NCBI GenBank assembly: GCA_015069335.1
Contig: SVIU01000002.1
Span: 1-59,526 of the forward strand
Reading direction: 5' to 3'
Origin: Clostridiales bacterium
Lineage (GTDB): Bacteria; Bacillota; Clostridia; Christensenellales; UBA1242
DNA length: 59,526 nt
Below are positions 59,447-59,526 of the stretch, one piece after another. The first letter of the stretch is position 1. The number at the start of each line of letters is the position of its first letter. A model generated the notes under the pieces. The model saw only the letters and a program-made list of their open reading frames with translations, had not been told where the DNA came from and searched no databases. Position numbers and translations under genes: made by a program.

Positions 59447-59470
59447 GTCCGCTTAAAGCGGGCTTTTTTT
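59447..59470 (+). terminator. Intrinsic terminator closing the candidate RNA
   Basis: Stem GTCCGC/GCGGGC (one G-U pair), loop TTAAA, then a T7 run. Confidence 0.8.
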
Positions 59471-59526
59471 ACGCCCAGCCTGCATACCTCAAGCCGTATA
59501 ATTAATCCTATCAAATAACCAATCAA

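Overview
This is an AT-rich chromosomal segment, roughly one-third G+C by eye. Gene content suggests a low-GC Bacillota-like anaerobe: SpoVG, MurC, rubrerythrin, and pth-mfd-prsA-like synteny. The standard genetic code fits all conserved genes.

The left third carries a surface LRR protein and a str operon (rpsL, rpsG, an extra 100-aa ORF, fusA, tuf). The str operon spacers are unusually long and filled with a repeated hairpin plus heptad-repeat element. Next come rubrerythrin, a few orphan genes, an SGNH hydrolase and an RluA-family pseudouridine synthase. These are followed by a stand-alone membrane-anchored VirB4-like ATPase and an orphan 642-aa protein. After that lies a housekeeping block: ferritin-like protein, degenerate GlmU-like protein, pth, mfd, PrsA-like lipoprotein, UPF0104-type membrane protein, polysaccharide deacetylase, Fe-ADH-like protein, M23 peptidase and acpP.

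About 45% of the window (29.7-57.0 kb) is one apparent operon for two paralogous giant lipoproteins. The first is split by a frameshift into 464-aa and 5266-aa parts; the second is 3228 aa. Both are built from Ig-like domains and iterated GLUG-type beta-helix modules. The right end holds spoVG (minus strand), murC, rpmE and a GC-rich, hairpin-dense candidate structured RNA.

I recognised no rRNA, tRNA, CRISPR array, transposase, integrase or prophage genes. All functional calls rest on motif recognition by eye; no homology or covariance searches could be run.
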